The position numbers and the translations under genes were made by a program. From Ignavibacteriales bacterium (GTDB taxonomy: Bacteria > Bacteroidota > Ignavibacteria > Ignavibacteriales > Ignavibacteriaceae), in assembly GCA_027347125.1 (NCBI GenBank), contig DAIERC010000331.1:1-28067 (forward strand): a DNA stretch of 28,067 nt. Reading direction: 5' to 3'. Under the pieces are notes generated by a model. It saw nothing but the letters and a program-made list of their open reading frames with translations. It did not search any database and was not told the DNA's origin. Shown one piece after another: positions 17,600 to 25,720 of the stretch (within the stretch, counting starts at the first letter, position 1; the number at the start of each line of letters is the position of its first letter).

Positions 17600-18229
17600 A
17601 TGAACACAGCAAGCCTTTGGAAAGAATTTAAATCTTCACCATCCGATACTCTGAAGAGACAAATAATTATGAATTACATAAAATTAGTTCACTACGTAAT
17701 ACATAATTCAAAGTTTATTAATCTCGAAATACTGGATGACCGGGACTATTTCCAGTTCGGGGTTGAAGGACTGAGCGAAGCAATCGATCGCTTTGATCCT
17801 ACCTACGGAACAAAGTTCGAAACATACGCCATCCAAAGAATCAGAGGAAAGATTATCGATGAACTTAGGAAGCTGCAAATTAAACCCAGGCCTGTTACTG
17901 CCGATAAACAAGATAGAATGCTTTACTCTAACGTATCGTTAAATCATCCTGTAGATGATGAGGATGGTTATATGCTGTATGAAGTTCTTCCGGACGATAA
18001 CGAGATCCCCGATGAGACAGCCGAAAAAAACGAAGCAAAAGATTTTCTATTAAGCGCTATTAAAGAATTGGAAGAACGCGACAGATTAATAATTACTCTG
18101 TATTATTACGAAAACCTGAACTATAAGGAAATTGCCAAAGTATTAAACATTACGGTTTCAAGAGTATCGCAAGTTCATTCCAGAATTATGGAAATGTTAA
18201 AATCAAAACTCGCTTTTATAAATGAATAA
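17600..18229 (+). CDS. fliA: FliA/WhiG/SigD-family sigma factor, shortened (lacks most of region 3)
   Basis: Region 2 GLSEAIDRFDP...KFETYAIQRIRGKIIDELRK and region 4 LYYYENLNYKEIAKVLNITVSRVSQVH; located after flhFG. Confidence 0.8.
   Translation: MNTASLWKEFKSSPSDTLKRQIIMNYIKLVHYVIHNSKFINLEILDDRDYFQFGVEGLSEAIDRFDPTYGTKFETYAIQRIRGKIIDELRKLQIKPRPVTADKQDRMLYSNVSLNHPVDDEDGYMLYEVLPDDNEIPDETAEKNEAKDFLLSAIKELEERDRLIITLYYYENLNYKEIAKVLNITVSRVSQVHSRIMEMLKSKLAFINE
17881..17907 (+). promoter_or_regulatory. Perfect sigma28 consensus promoter inside the fliA-like gene
   Basis: TAAA (17881-17884)-N15-GCCGATAA (17900-17907). Confidence 0.5.
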
Positions 18230-19100
18230 TAATATTACAGAAAACATCCCGGAAAAAAAGACTTATATTAAGTTACTGTCCCACATCCGGAATTTACCTT
18301 CCATACCGGTAGTAATTTTTGAAGTAACCAAGTTATTAAGCAACCCGATGACAAGCGCTGCAGACCTGGGTAGAATTATAAGCAGGGATCAGGGGCTGGT
18401 TGCAAAAATATTAACCGTGGCGAACTCACCTTTTTACGGCTTACCACGCAGGGTTTCTACAATCGAATTTGCGATCGTAATTCTAGGTTTCGATCATATA
18501 AAAAATATTGTTATGGCGCTTTCTATGGTAGAAGCTTTCAAAAAAAACGGCGGGCATAACTGGAACAGCGATTCTTACTGGAACCATACATTGATGGCGG
18601 CGGGCGCGGCAAAAAAAATTGCCGATGAAAAAGGATACTCAAAACCCGGTGAAGTATTTACAGCGGGACTTTTACACGATCTAGGCATAGCGGTTATTCA
18701 AAGATATTTTAACGAAGAATTTAATGTGATTTGCGATTTAGTTAAAGAACAACAAATTTCATATTTAAAAGCCGAGGAACAGGTTTTAGGAATTACCCAC
18801 CAAGAAGTTGGCCAGTTTTTAGCTAACAGGTGGAATCTTCCCGAAGCATTGGGCGAAACTATTGCAAATCATCACTTCCCTTCAAAGTCTGAAGATAATA
18901 AAATACTTGCTTCCATAGTGCACTTAGCCGATTTCATGACGCATCAACTGGGCATCGGCAATTTCTACTGGGATTCTAAAATTGAGCTTGATGAAAGTAT
19001 TATAGATACTCTGGGTTTTGGCAGCAGAGAAAAATTAGACGGGTACATTAACGGTAATGCCGAATTATTTAAAAAACATTTTGAAACAGTAACCTTATAA
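18222..19100 (+). CDS. HDOD-domain protein 1
   Basis: LPSIP...DQGLVAKILTVANSPFYG...LG...YWNH...AGLLHDLG...THQEVG...W-x-LP...NHH...HLADF. Confidence 0.9.
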   Translation: MNNNITENIPEKKTYIKLLSHIRNLPSIPVVIFEVTKLLSNPMTSAADLGRIISRDQGLVAKILTVANSPFYGLPRRVSTIEFAIVILGFDHIKNIVMALSMVEAFKKNGGHNWNSDSYWNHTLMAAGAAKKIADEKGYSKPGEVFTAGLLHDLGIAVIQRYFNEEFNVICDLVKEQQISYLKAEEQVLGITHQEVGQFLANRWNLPEALGETIANHHFPSKSEDNKILASIVHLADFMTHQLGIGNFYWDSKIELDESIIDTLGFGSREKLDGYINGNAELFKKHFETVTL

Positions 19101-19110
19101 AAAAATTTTT

Positions 19111-19992
19111 ATGCTAAACTTCGTAAACTCTCAGCAATCAAAAAAAGAAAAAACCGAACTGGTTTTGATGAACATCTGCAACCTCCCGCCGATTCCAAAG
19201 GTGCTTAAGGAAGCGCTTGATTTATTGAATGACGAGAACACGCCGATTACATCGGTGAGTAAAGTTGTTTCAAAAGATCAAGGCTTGGTTACAAAAATTT
19301 TGACCATAGCAAATTCGCCGATGTACGGGCTTCAAAGAAGAGTAACAACAATTGATTTCGCAATTATAGTTTTGGGCTTCCGCGAAGTTAAAAATATTGT
19401 TACCGTTCTTTCGCTGGTAGAAGCGTTTATTAATAAGACGGATAAGTACCTGGATCAAAAAGATTTTTGGCTGCATTCTTATTATACAGGCACGGCGGCT
19501 AAAAAATTGGCCGAGGACTTAGACTTCCAAAACAGCGGCGAAGCTTTTATTGCCGGGTTTTTACACGACATGGGCATTACGGTAATTCACCGCTACTTCC
19601 ACTCAAATTTTATCGCCATACTTGATCTTGTTCAAAACAAAGGTTTTAATTTTAGGGATGCCGAGTTTGAAGTGCTGGGCGTAACGCACGAACAGATCGG
19701 GCAATTTTTAATGGGCAAGTGGAATTTCCCGGAACCTTTATGCGACGCTATTTTGAATCATCATAATCCTTCAATGTCATCAAAAGGAAAAGTTCTTGCC
19801 TCAATGATACACCTGGCAGATTACATGACAAACATCTTCACATCAGGAAATTCGTTTTGGGATAACGATTTGAAATTGGACGAGAAAATTATATCGATAC
19901 TTGGCCTGGATGATGAACCGGACATGAACACGTTTATCGAAAGTCATGCCGAACTTTTTAGGAATCAAATTCAATCAGTTACAATTTTTTAA
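19111..19992 (+). CDS. HDOD-domain protein 2
   Basis: LPPIP...DQGLVTKILTIANSPMYG...FWLH...AGFLHDMG...THEQIG...NHH...HLADY. Confidence 0.9.
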   Translation: MLNFVNSQQSKKEKTELVLMNICNLPPIPKVLKEALDLLNDENTPITSVSKVVSKDQGLVTKILTIANSPMYGLQRRVTTIDFAIIVLGFREVKNIVTVLSLVEAFINKTDKYLDQKDFWLHSYYTGTAAKKLAEDLDFQNSGEAFIAGFLHDMGITVIHRYFHSNFIAILDLVQNKGFNFRDAEFEVLGVTHEQIGQFLMGKWNFPEPLCDAILNHHNPSMSSKGKVLASMIHLADYMTNIFTSGNSFWDNDLKLDEKIISILGLDDEPDMNTFIESHAELFRNQIQSVTIF

Positions 19993-19995
19993 ATA

Positions 19996-20886
19996 ATGGA
20001 CATGGAAACTTTGCAAGCAATGGATGAAAATAAAAGAGAAAAAACTGAGAAGGTGCTGATTAATATTAGCGGCATGCCGCCGGTACGCGAATCGTTGAGG
20101 GAAACGCTGGAATTATTAAGCGACGAATCGACGCCTACTACGTTGCTGAGCAAAGTTATATCTAAAGACCAGGGCCTGGTTACCAAAGTTTTAACAGTTG
20201 CAAACTCGCCTATGTACGGCCTTCAAAGGCATGTATCCACAATTGAGTTTGCGGTGCTTGTTCTCGGGTTTAAGGAGCTAAAAAATATTGTTACAGTTCT
20301 TTCGCTGGTTGAATCGTTTATTAACAAGACCGATATGTATCTTGACCAGAAAGAATTTTGGCTGCATTCATATCTTACCGGAACCGCAGCAAAACGTTTG
20401 GCCGAAGATCTTGATTTCCCTAACAGCGGCGAGGCTTTTATCGCGGGCTTTTTGCACGATATGGGAATAGCGATAATGCACAGGTATTTCCATTCGGATT
20501 ATGTTAAAATTTTTAATAGGGCAAAGAATGAAGGCATCTCATTCAATGCTGCCGAAGCCGCGGAACTAGGAACCAACCATGAGCAGATAGGACATTTCCT
20601 GGTTGAAAAATGGAATTTCCCGCCGGAGCTTTGCGACGCTATTCTTAATCATCACACGCCATGCGCTACGGAAAAAAATAAAATTTTAACATCGCTTATT
20701 CATTTGGCTGATTACATGACAGAGAAACTCGGAATTGGAAATTGCTATTGGGACAAAGAACTTAAACTAAATGAAACAGCTATACACGCGCTGCGTTTCA
20801 AAGATCAGTCGGAAGTTGACATCTTCATAAATGCTTATGAAGAATTATTTTCTCACCAGATTGATTTTGTAAGGTATGTAAATTGA
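19996..20886 (+). CDS. HDOD-domain protein 3
   Basis: MPPV...DQGLVTKVLTVANSPMYG...FWLH...AGFLHDMG...NHEQIG...NHH...HLADY; close paralogue of protein 2. Confidence 0.9.
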   Translation: MDMETLQAMDENKREKTEKVLINISGMPPVRESLRETLELLSDESTPTTLLSKVISKDQGLVTKVLTVANSPMYGLQRHVSTIEFAVLVLGFKELKNIVTVLSLVESFINKTDMYLDQKEFWLHSYLTGTAAKRLAEDLDFPNSGEAFIAGFLHDMGIAIMHRYFHSDYVKIFNRAKNEGISFNAAEAAELGTNHEQIGHFLVEKWNFPPELCDAILNHHTPCATEKNKILTSLIHLADYMTEKLGIGNCYWDKELKLNETAIHALRFKDQSEVDIFINAYEELFSHQIDFVRYVN

Positions 20887-22190
20887 GAATAATAAAAAGC
20901 AATACCGCAACTTATGAATCATTTCATAAATCACTTCCGTATTTAACAAAAACGGGAAGTGATGATACTTTAGTCGAATTGCCAAGTAGCAAACCAACTG
21001 CCGGTGCAAGCGGTTCGAAGTACGTCAATATTCTGAAAAACATGTTGTTGTTTGAAAAACATGTAAAGGACTCGAAAAATTTTCAACAGGTAGTAAGCCA
21101 TTTTAATACTTTCTTAAAAGTTGTTTTAACATTCAAAGAAGCCAACCTGTTTTTATTTGACGAGCATAAAAGCAATCTTATAGCGCTTTCTCAATACGCC
21201 TCCGAAAGATCAAAATATTTTGTTAACAAGGCATATTCGGAAGGCCAGCTAGACGATATCTTCAAGAGCGGAGAGCCTATAATTATGCTGGATCATCTTG
21301 TTCATGATATTGACGGTTCAAAATCATTTTATTTGCTAATTCCAATTCTGGAAGAAAATAAAGGTAAAGGGATATTCTCGATATTAACACCCACATCTTC
21401 GTTTTCCGAAAACTCCCTGGAAGTTCCGTTTATACAAATGGGGCTTACTATAATATTAAGCAAGATAGAAATTTTACTGAAGCAAAAAGAACTTAAGAAC
21501 ATTTATAACGAACTTCATGTTTACCAGTCGAAGCTGGCAAACGATTACAAATTATCGGCAATAGGCGAACTTACATCGGGAATAGTGGAAGACATACTTA
21601 CGCCGCTGCAAGTAATTACCAGTACTACGGAATTGTTAAGAAGCGAAGGGAATTATGTTGATGAAGAACTTCTATATTCAATTAATGTCCAGGTAAAAAA
21701 AGTTAAAAACATTATTAACAGGCTTGTAAATTTTGCGGGGATAACTGACGGTAAATTAAAAGTTCAACCGTGCAGCATTAACGGGATAATAAATGATTTT
21801 TACCAGGTTACCATTACATCGCTTCAAAATGATAACTATGAATGCGTTCTTGATCTTGAGGATAACTTGCCGTCGGTACTTAGTCATCCTAATTATATCA
21901 ATCAGCTTTTATCGTACATCTTTTCTCTTTTGAAATCTCAAAAGAGCGTAGGCGGCGGAATGCTTATTCAGACAAAATACCACAACGAAAGAGTGAATAT
22001 AAAAATACTGTCAACCGATTATTTGGAAAATATCGGCAATGAAAATACTGAAAATGCAAATGATGTAAATCTCCGGATAATAAAAAATATTATGGAAAAG
22101 CACGAAGGCTTATTCCGTTTTGAAACGGATAAAATAAACGGCACGGTTGTTCATTTAATATTTCCACTGAAAAGGAAGATTAACCAATGA
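20883..22190 (+). CDS. GAF domain + degenerate HisKA/HATPase protein (pseudo-histidine kinase)
   Basis: GAF-like region (LFLFDE...GEPII...LLIPI...KGKGIFSI). The H-box reads SAIGELTSGIVEDILTPL with no His, and the N, G1 and G2 boxes are degenerate. The TTG start overlaps the upstream TGA; the exact start is uncertain. Confidence 0.75.
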   Translation: MRIIKSNTATYESFHKSLPYLTKTGSDDTLVELPSSKPTAGASGSKYVNILKNMLLFEKHVKDSKNFQQVVSHFNTFLKVVLTFKEANLFLFDEHKSNLIALSQYASERSKYFVNKAYSEGQLDDIFKSGEPIIMLDHLVHDIDGSKSFYLLIPILEENKGKGIFSILTPTSSFSENSLEVPFIQMGLTIILSKIEILLKQKELKNIYNELHVYQSKLANDYKLSAIGELTSGIVEDILTPLQVITSTTELLRSEGNYVDEELLYSINVQVKKVKNIINRLVNFAGITDGKLKVQPCSINGIINDFYQVTITSLQNDNYECVLDLEDNLPSVLSHPNYINQLLSYIFSLLKSQKSVGGGMLIQTKYHNERVNIKILSTDYLENIGNENTENANDVNLRIIKNIMEKHEGLFRFETDKINGTVVHLIFPLKRKINQ

Positions 22191-22861
22191 AAATGATTAC
22201 TCTTTTTTTGCTTTGCTTTTGTTTTATACCGGTTACGGCGCAAACGGTAAAACCCCCCGTCGGTACCGCGAAAGATTCGGTTATAAATCAAACCGCAAGC
22301 GATATTCAAAAGAGCGGGATGGACAGCCTGAGCCTAAGCCAGCTTGTACAGGCGCAAATAGACGCGGCAAAGAAAAAAGAAATTGAAGATAAAAATAAAC
22401 CGGCAGTTCAAGTGCAAGAAAAAAAGATTGAAGCACCGAAGAAAACGGAAAATAATTTCTGGTTAGAGTTAAGAAAAAATGTGCCTTTATCCGACGACGA
22501 TTTGATGAAGGCCGTAATTATAGCCTCATTTTCTTTTATGGCTTTTGTTATAGTCTTTTTACGCAGAATGCGCTTGCACAAAAATAGCAGCATTAAAAAA
22601 AATAACGGCAAAAAGAAGAACAGCGCCGACGGGTTAAAGAAAAACATTGCGATAATTCGCGAGGAAAGACCGCTTAAAATAAAATATAAGAACAAACTGA
22701 AAGCGGTTAGGGCAAAATTAATAAGCAAGGCTTCAATAAACTTAACAAACGAAGCTGTAACAAAAACCGCCAGGGAATTACAAATTTCCAAAGGCGAGGT
22801 GCTTTTAGCGGCACGAATTAAATCTCATGAAATAATGAACGGATGCACAAGCAAAAAATAA
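22187..22861 (+). CDS. Membrane protein with a SwrB/DUF2802/DUF6115-like C-terminal HTH-like motif
   Basis: Signal peptide (VTA|Q), one internal TM (AVIIASFSFMAFVIVFL), a basic cytoplasmic segment, and C-terminal TARELQISKGEVLLAARI. Confidence 0.6.
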   Translation: MKMITLFLLCFCFIPVTAQTVKPPVGTAKDSVINQTASDIQKSGMDSLSLSQLVQAQIDAAKKKEIEDKNKPAVQVQEKKIEAPKKTENNFWLELRKNVPLSDDDLMKAVIIASFSFMAFVIVFLRRMRLHKNSSIKKNNGKKKNSADGLKKNIAIIREERPLKIKYKNKLKAVRAKLISKASINLTNEAVTKTARELQISKGEVLLAARIKSHEIMNGCTSKK

Positions 22862-22863
22862 AT

Positions 22864-23997
22864 ATGGCCGGAAGATATCCTGTTGATATGTACGCGAATA
22901 AAACTATGCCCGATAACGGGGTGAACTTATCCAATCAGATTGTAATTGTACAGGTGCTGGATAAAGATGAAAGTATCTATAAGATACTTGTTAACGGATC
23001 TGTTTACCAGGCAAACCTGCCGGTAAGTGTAAGCACCGGTGAGTCTCTGTTGGCTAAAATAACAGGCTACAACCCGGTTGTACTGCAGCTAGACAAACTT
23101 GCCGCAGAAGATGAGTTGAACGATGCTAACCTTTCCAGGCTGAGTGAAAAACTTGCGTCAAAAGCTACTAAGAACTCCATTGCCTTATTGAAGGAACTTA
23201 TTAGGAATAACGAAGTAATTTTAAAATCTAAATTTTTAAAACTGCTTAAATTAATAAATGGTGCCGGAATAAATCTTGAGGGACCGAAAACTAAAATTCT
23301 TCCTTACCTTTTCTGGGAACCAGATAATTATTCCGTTCTAACAGGAAAAAATATTAATTATTTCACTCATTCAATTGAAGAACTGCAGAACATGGTATTC
23401 GATTACCTGGCTTATGCAAGCGGTAAATTAAATAAAGCCGGAGAAATAGACGACTTGTTTGAAGCGGTAACAATAGAAGCCGACGGGGACAAAAAAAATT
23501 TAATTGAAAAACATAAAAAGCTTTCTTCAATTGATTCCGCTTTAATCAACTGGCTTAATACCGGCGCTGTAAGCAACAATAAAAACCTGAACGAAATTTC
23601 CTCGCTTTTACTTATCTACCTGTTCCAGAAGAAATTTTATAAACGCAAGAACATATCACCGGAGTTTTTTATTCTTAACCACAACCCGGAACTTGAACTA
23701 GTTCAATACCAGATTAAAAAAAGAATAAGCAATAATATAGCCGAAACATTCGCGGTTAATTTTAATTTTTCGCAAACAGATAAAACGGTTGTAAACGCCG
23801 AGTTAATTTTGAACGGGCAAAACAGTAATATACATCTGCCCGAAACGCTTCTGGAAAAATTAAACCTCCATTCACTGTTAAAAGAATTGCCTGCCGGTAT
23901 TAAAATAAAATATGACCTGCCGGTTAAGGTGATGTTTAAGAACAATATTAACGGGCATAAAACGGATTCACTTGTTAGAATAAACGCAACTATTTAA
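22864..23997 (+). CDS. Hypothetical protein, possibly a FliK-like/YlqG-like paralogue
   Basis: N-terminal beta-rich segment (VQVLDKDESIYKILVNG...GESLLAKITGYNPVVLQL) and a beta-rich C-terminus. ATG 22864, just after the upstream stop, is preferred over 22843. The family assignment is inference. Confidence 0.55.
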   Translation: MAGRYPVDMYANKTMPDNGVNLSNQIVIVQVLDKDESIYKILVNGSVYQANLPVSVSTGESLLAKITGYNPVVLQLDKLAAEDELNDANLSRLSEKLASKATKNSIALLKELIRNNEVILKSKFLKLLKLINGAGINLEGPKTKILPYLFWEPDNYSVLTGKNINYFTHSIEELQNMVFDYLAYASGKLNKAGEIDDLFEAVTIEADGDKKNLIEKHKKLSSIDSALINWLNTGAVSNNKNLNEISSLLLIYLFQKKFYKRKNISPEFFILNHNPELELVQYQIKKRISNNIAETFAVNFNFSQTDKTVVNAELILNGQNSNIHLPETLLEKLNLHSLLKELPAGIKIKYDLPVKVMFKNNINGHKTDSLVRINATI

Positions 23998-24013
23998 AAC
24001 ACGAAAAACGGCA

Positions 24014-24199
24014 ATGACAAATTACACGAATATGAACAACGGAGAGTTAATCGACCTGAAAGACGACGAGAAAAAAGATTTGTCTCTATTTATTTCTGAA
24101 AGTTCTGATGAGACCTTTTCAGTACCGTGGAGAATATCCGCGATAGTTAGCGAAGTGATAGAGTTTGTAAGAACAAACGAAAGGAACGAAAAATGGTAA
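24014..24199 (+). CDS. Small acidic protein resembling the end of the FlhB cytoplasmic domain (FlhX/YlqH-like)
   Basis: VPWRISAIVSEVIEFV aligns in register with this window's FlhB IPASLFKAVAQILAYV. The stop overlaps the flgF start region. Confidence 0.55.
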   Translation: MTNYTNMNNGELIDLKDDEKKDLSLFISESSDETFSVPWRISAIVSEVIEFVRTNERNEKW

Positions 24200-24900
24200 A
24201 AGGTATTTACGTAGCCGCAATAGGACTGGACGCGAGAATGAAAAACCTGGAAACGGTTGCCAATAACCTTGCAAATATTAATACAACCGGCTACAAAAGA
24301 GGAGTTCCCTTTTCTGAAATTCTAAACCAGGCGGGAGACGTGCAAATAGAGCATGTAACAGATTACAAGCAGGGCGATTTGGCAGAAACTTCAAACCCGC
24401 TAGACCTAGCGATATCCGGTAAAGGATTTTTCGTAGTTCAAACAAACAACGGCGATGAATTAACTCGCGGCGGAAATTTTAAAATATCCGATGACGGTTT
24501 TCTTACCGACGCAAACGGTAATAAAGTGCGCGGTAAAAACGGATCGATAAATTTACTTAGTTACAACATGGACAAGAACCAGCAGCTTACAATCACGAAA
24601 GACGGTCAAGTAAAAGTTGGTGACAATGTTGTAGACAGCCTCTTGATTGCCCAGCCGCTGGACGCGCAGCAAACCGTAAGAACATCGGGCGTAAATTTTA
24701 ACACAGGCAACGGCGGTTTTATAGCGGCGGATGAAAAAGATTACGATATAAAACAGGGATATCTTGAAGAATCAAATGTAAATCCGATTCAAGAGATGGA
24801 AGAAATGATACAGCTTAATACTGAGTACGGTTCGGCTCAGAAGATGATAAATTTTTTAGATCAATCTCTCGACGAGGCTAACCAGATCGGGAAAGTATAA
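24193..24900 (+). CDS. flgF: Proximal rod protein FlgF
   Basis: VANNLANINTTGYKR, TSNPLDLAISGKGFF, and GYLEESNVNPIQEM; precedes flgG. Confidence 0.9.
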   Translation: MVKGIYVAAIGLDARMKNLETVANNLANINTTGYKRGVPFSEILNQAGDVQIEHVTDYKQGDLAETSNPLDLAISGKGFFVVQTNNGDELTRGGNFKISDDGFLTDANGNKVRGKNGSINLLSYNMDKNQQLTITKDGQVKVGDNVVDSLLIAQPLDAQQTVRTSGVNFNTGNGGFIAADEKDYDIKQGYLEESNVNPIQEMEEMIQLNTEYGSAQKMINFLDQSLDEANQIGKV

Positions 24901-24914
24901 AAAGGAGTTATGAT

Positions 24915-25715
24915 ATGTCAACACGAGCTTTAAGAACAGCAGCTTCCGGTATGTACGCGCAGGAATTAAACATCGAAGTAATTTCGAACAATATTGCGAA
25001 CATTAATACTACCGGCTTTAAAAAGAACAGAGCCGAATTCCAGGATTTAATGTATCAGCAGGTTGCAGTTAATCCCCTTAACTCATCTACTCCGGGTGTT
25101 GCCGGCCAAGCGACAAATGAAATTCAGGTGGGCAACGGCGTGCAGCCTACTTCAACGGAAAAAGTATTTAAACAGGGCGATATTACGGCAACCAACAACC
25201 AACTGGATCTTGCGATACAGGGCGACGGATTTTTTCAAGTTAAAAAACCGGACGGCACTTTTGCTTATACCAGGGATGGTTCATTTAAAGTAAACTCCGA
25301 AGGAAAAATAGTTACTTCCGGCGGTTATGAACTGGAGCCTTCATTAACTCTTGATGAGAACGCGTTGGGTGTTACAATAGGTAAAGACGGTACTGTTACG
25401 GTTCAGCAAGTAGGCGGCGGAAGCTACGTTCTCGGCAACATAGAACTGGCAAGGTTCATGAACCAGGGCGGGCTTAGCGCGCTTGGCGATAACCTTTACG
25501 CGCAAACAGACGCCTCCGGCACGCCTATAATAGGCACTCCCGGCGCAAATGGTTTCGGCGAACTTCAGCAAGGTTACCTGGAATCATCCAACGTTGATAT
25601 TGTTGAAGAAATGATTTCTATGATTACAGCTCAAAGAGCTTATGAAATTAACTCGAAAACCGTGCAAACGGTTCAGGACATGATGACAATGGCTAATAAC
25701 CTTAAGAAAAGTTAA
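24915..25715 (+). CDS. flgG: Distal rod protein FlgG
   Basis: ALRTAASGMYAQ...SNNIANINTTGFKK-x-RAEFQDLMYQ and QGYLESSNVDIVEEMISMITAQRAYEINSK. Confidence 0.97.
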   Translation: MSTRALRTAASGMYAQELNIEVISNNIANINTTGFKKNRAEFQDLMYQQVAVNPLNSSTPGVAGQATNEIQVGNGVQPTSTEKVFKQGDITATNNQLDLAIQGDGFFQVKKPDGTFAYTRDGSFKVNSEGKIVTSGGYELEPSLTLDENALGVTIGKDGTVTVQQVGGGSYVLGNIELARFMNQGGLSALGDNLYAQTDASGTPIIGTPGANGFGELQQGYLESSNVDIVEEMISMITAQRAYEINSKTVQTVQDMMTMANNLKKS

Positions 25716-25720
25716 TTAAA

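Noticed and set aside
1762-18547. A8 homopolymers (1762-1769 in fliJ, 8010-8017 before fliL, 18540-18547 in HDOD1) as phase-variation tracts
   Set aside because: Runs of this length are expected in an AT-rich, Lys-rich genome, and all affected ORFs are intact.
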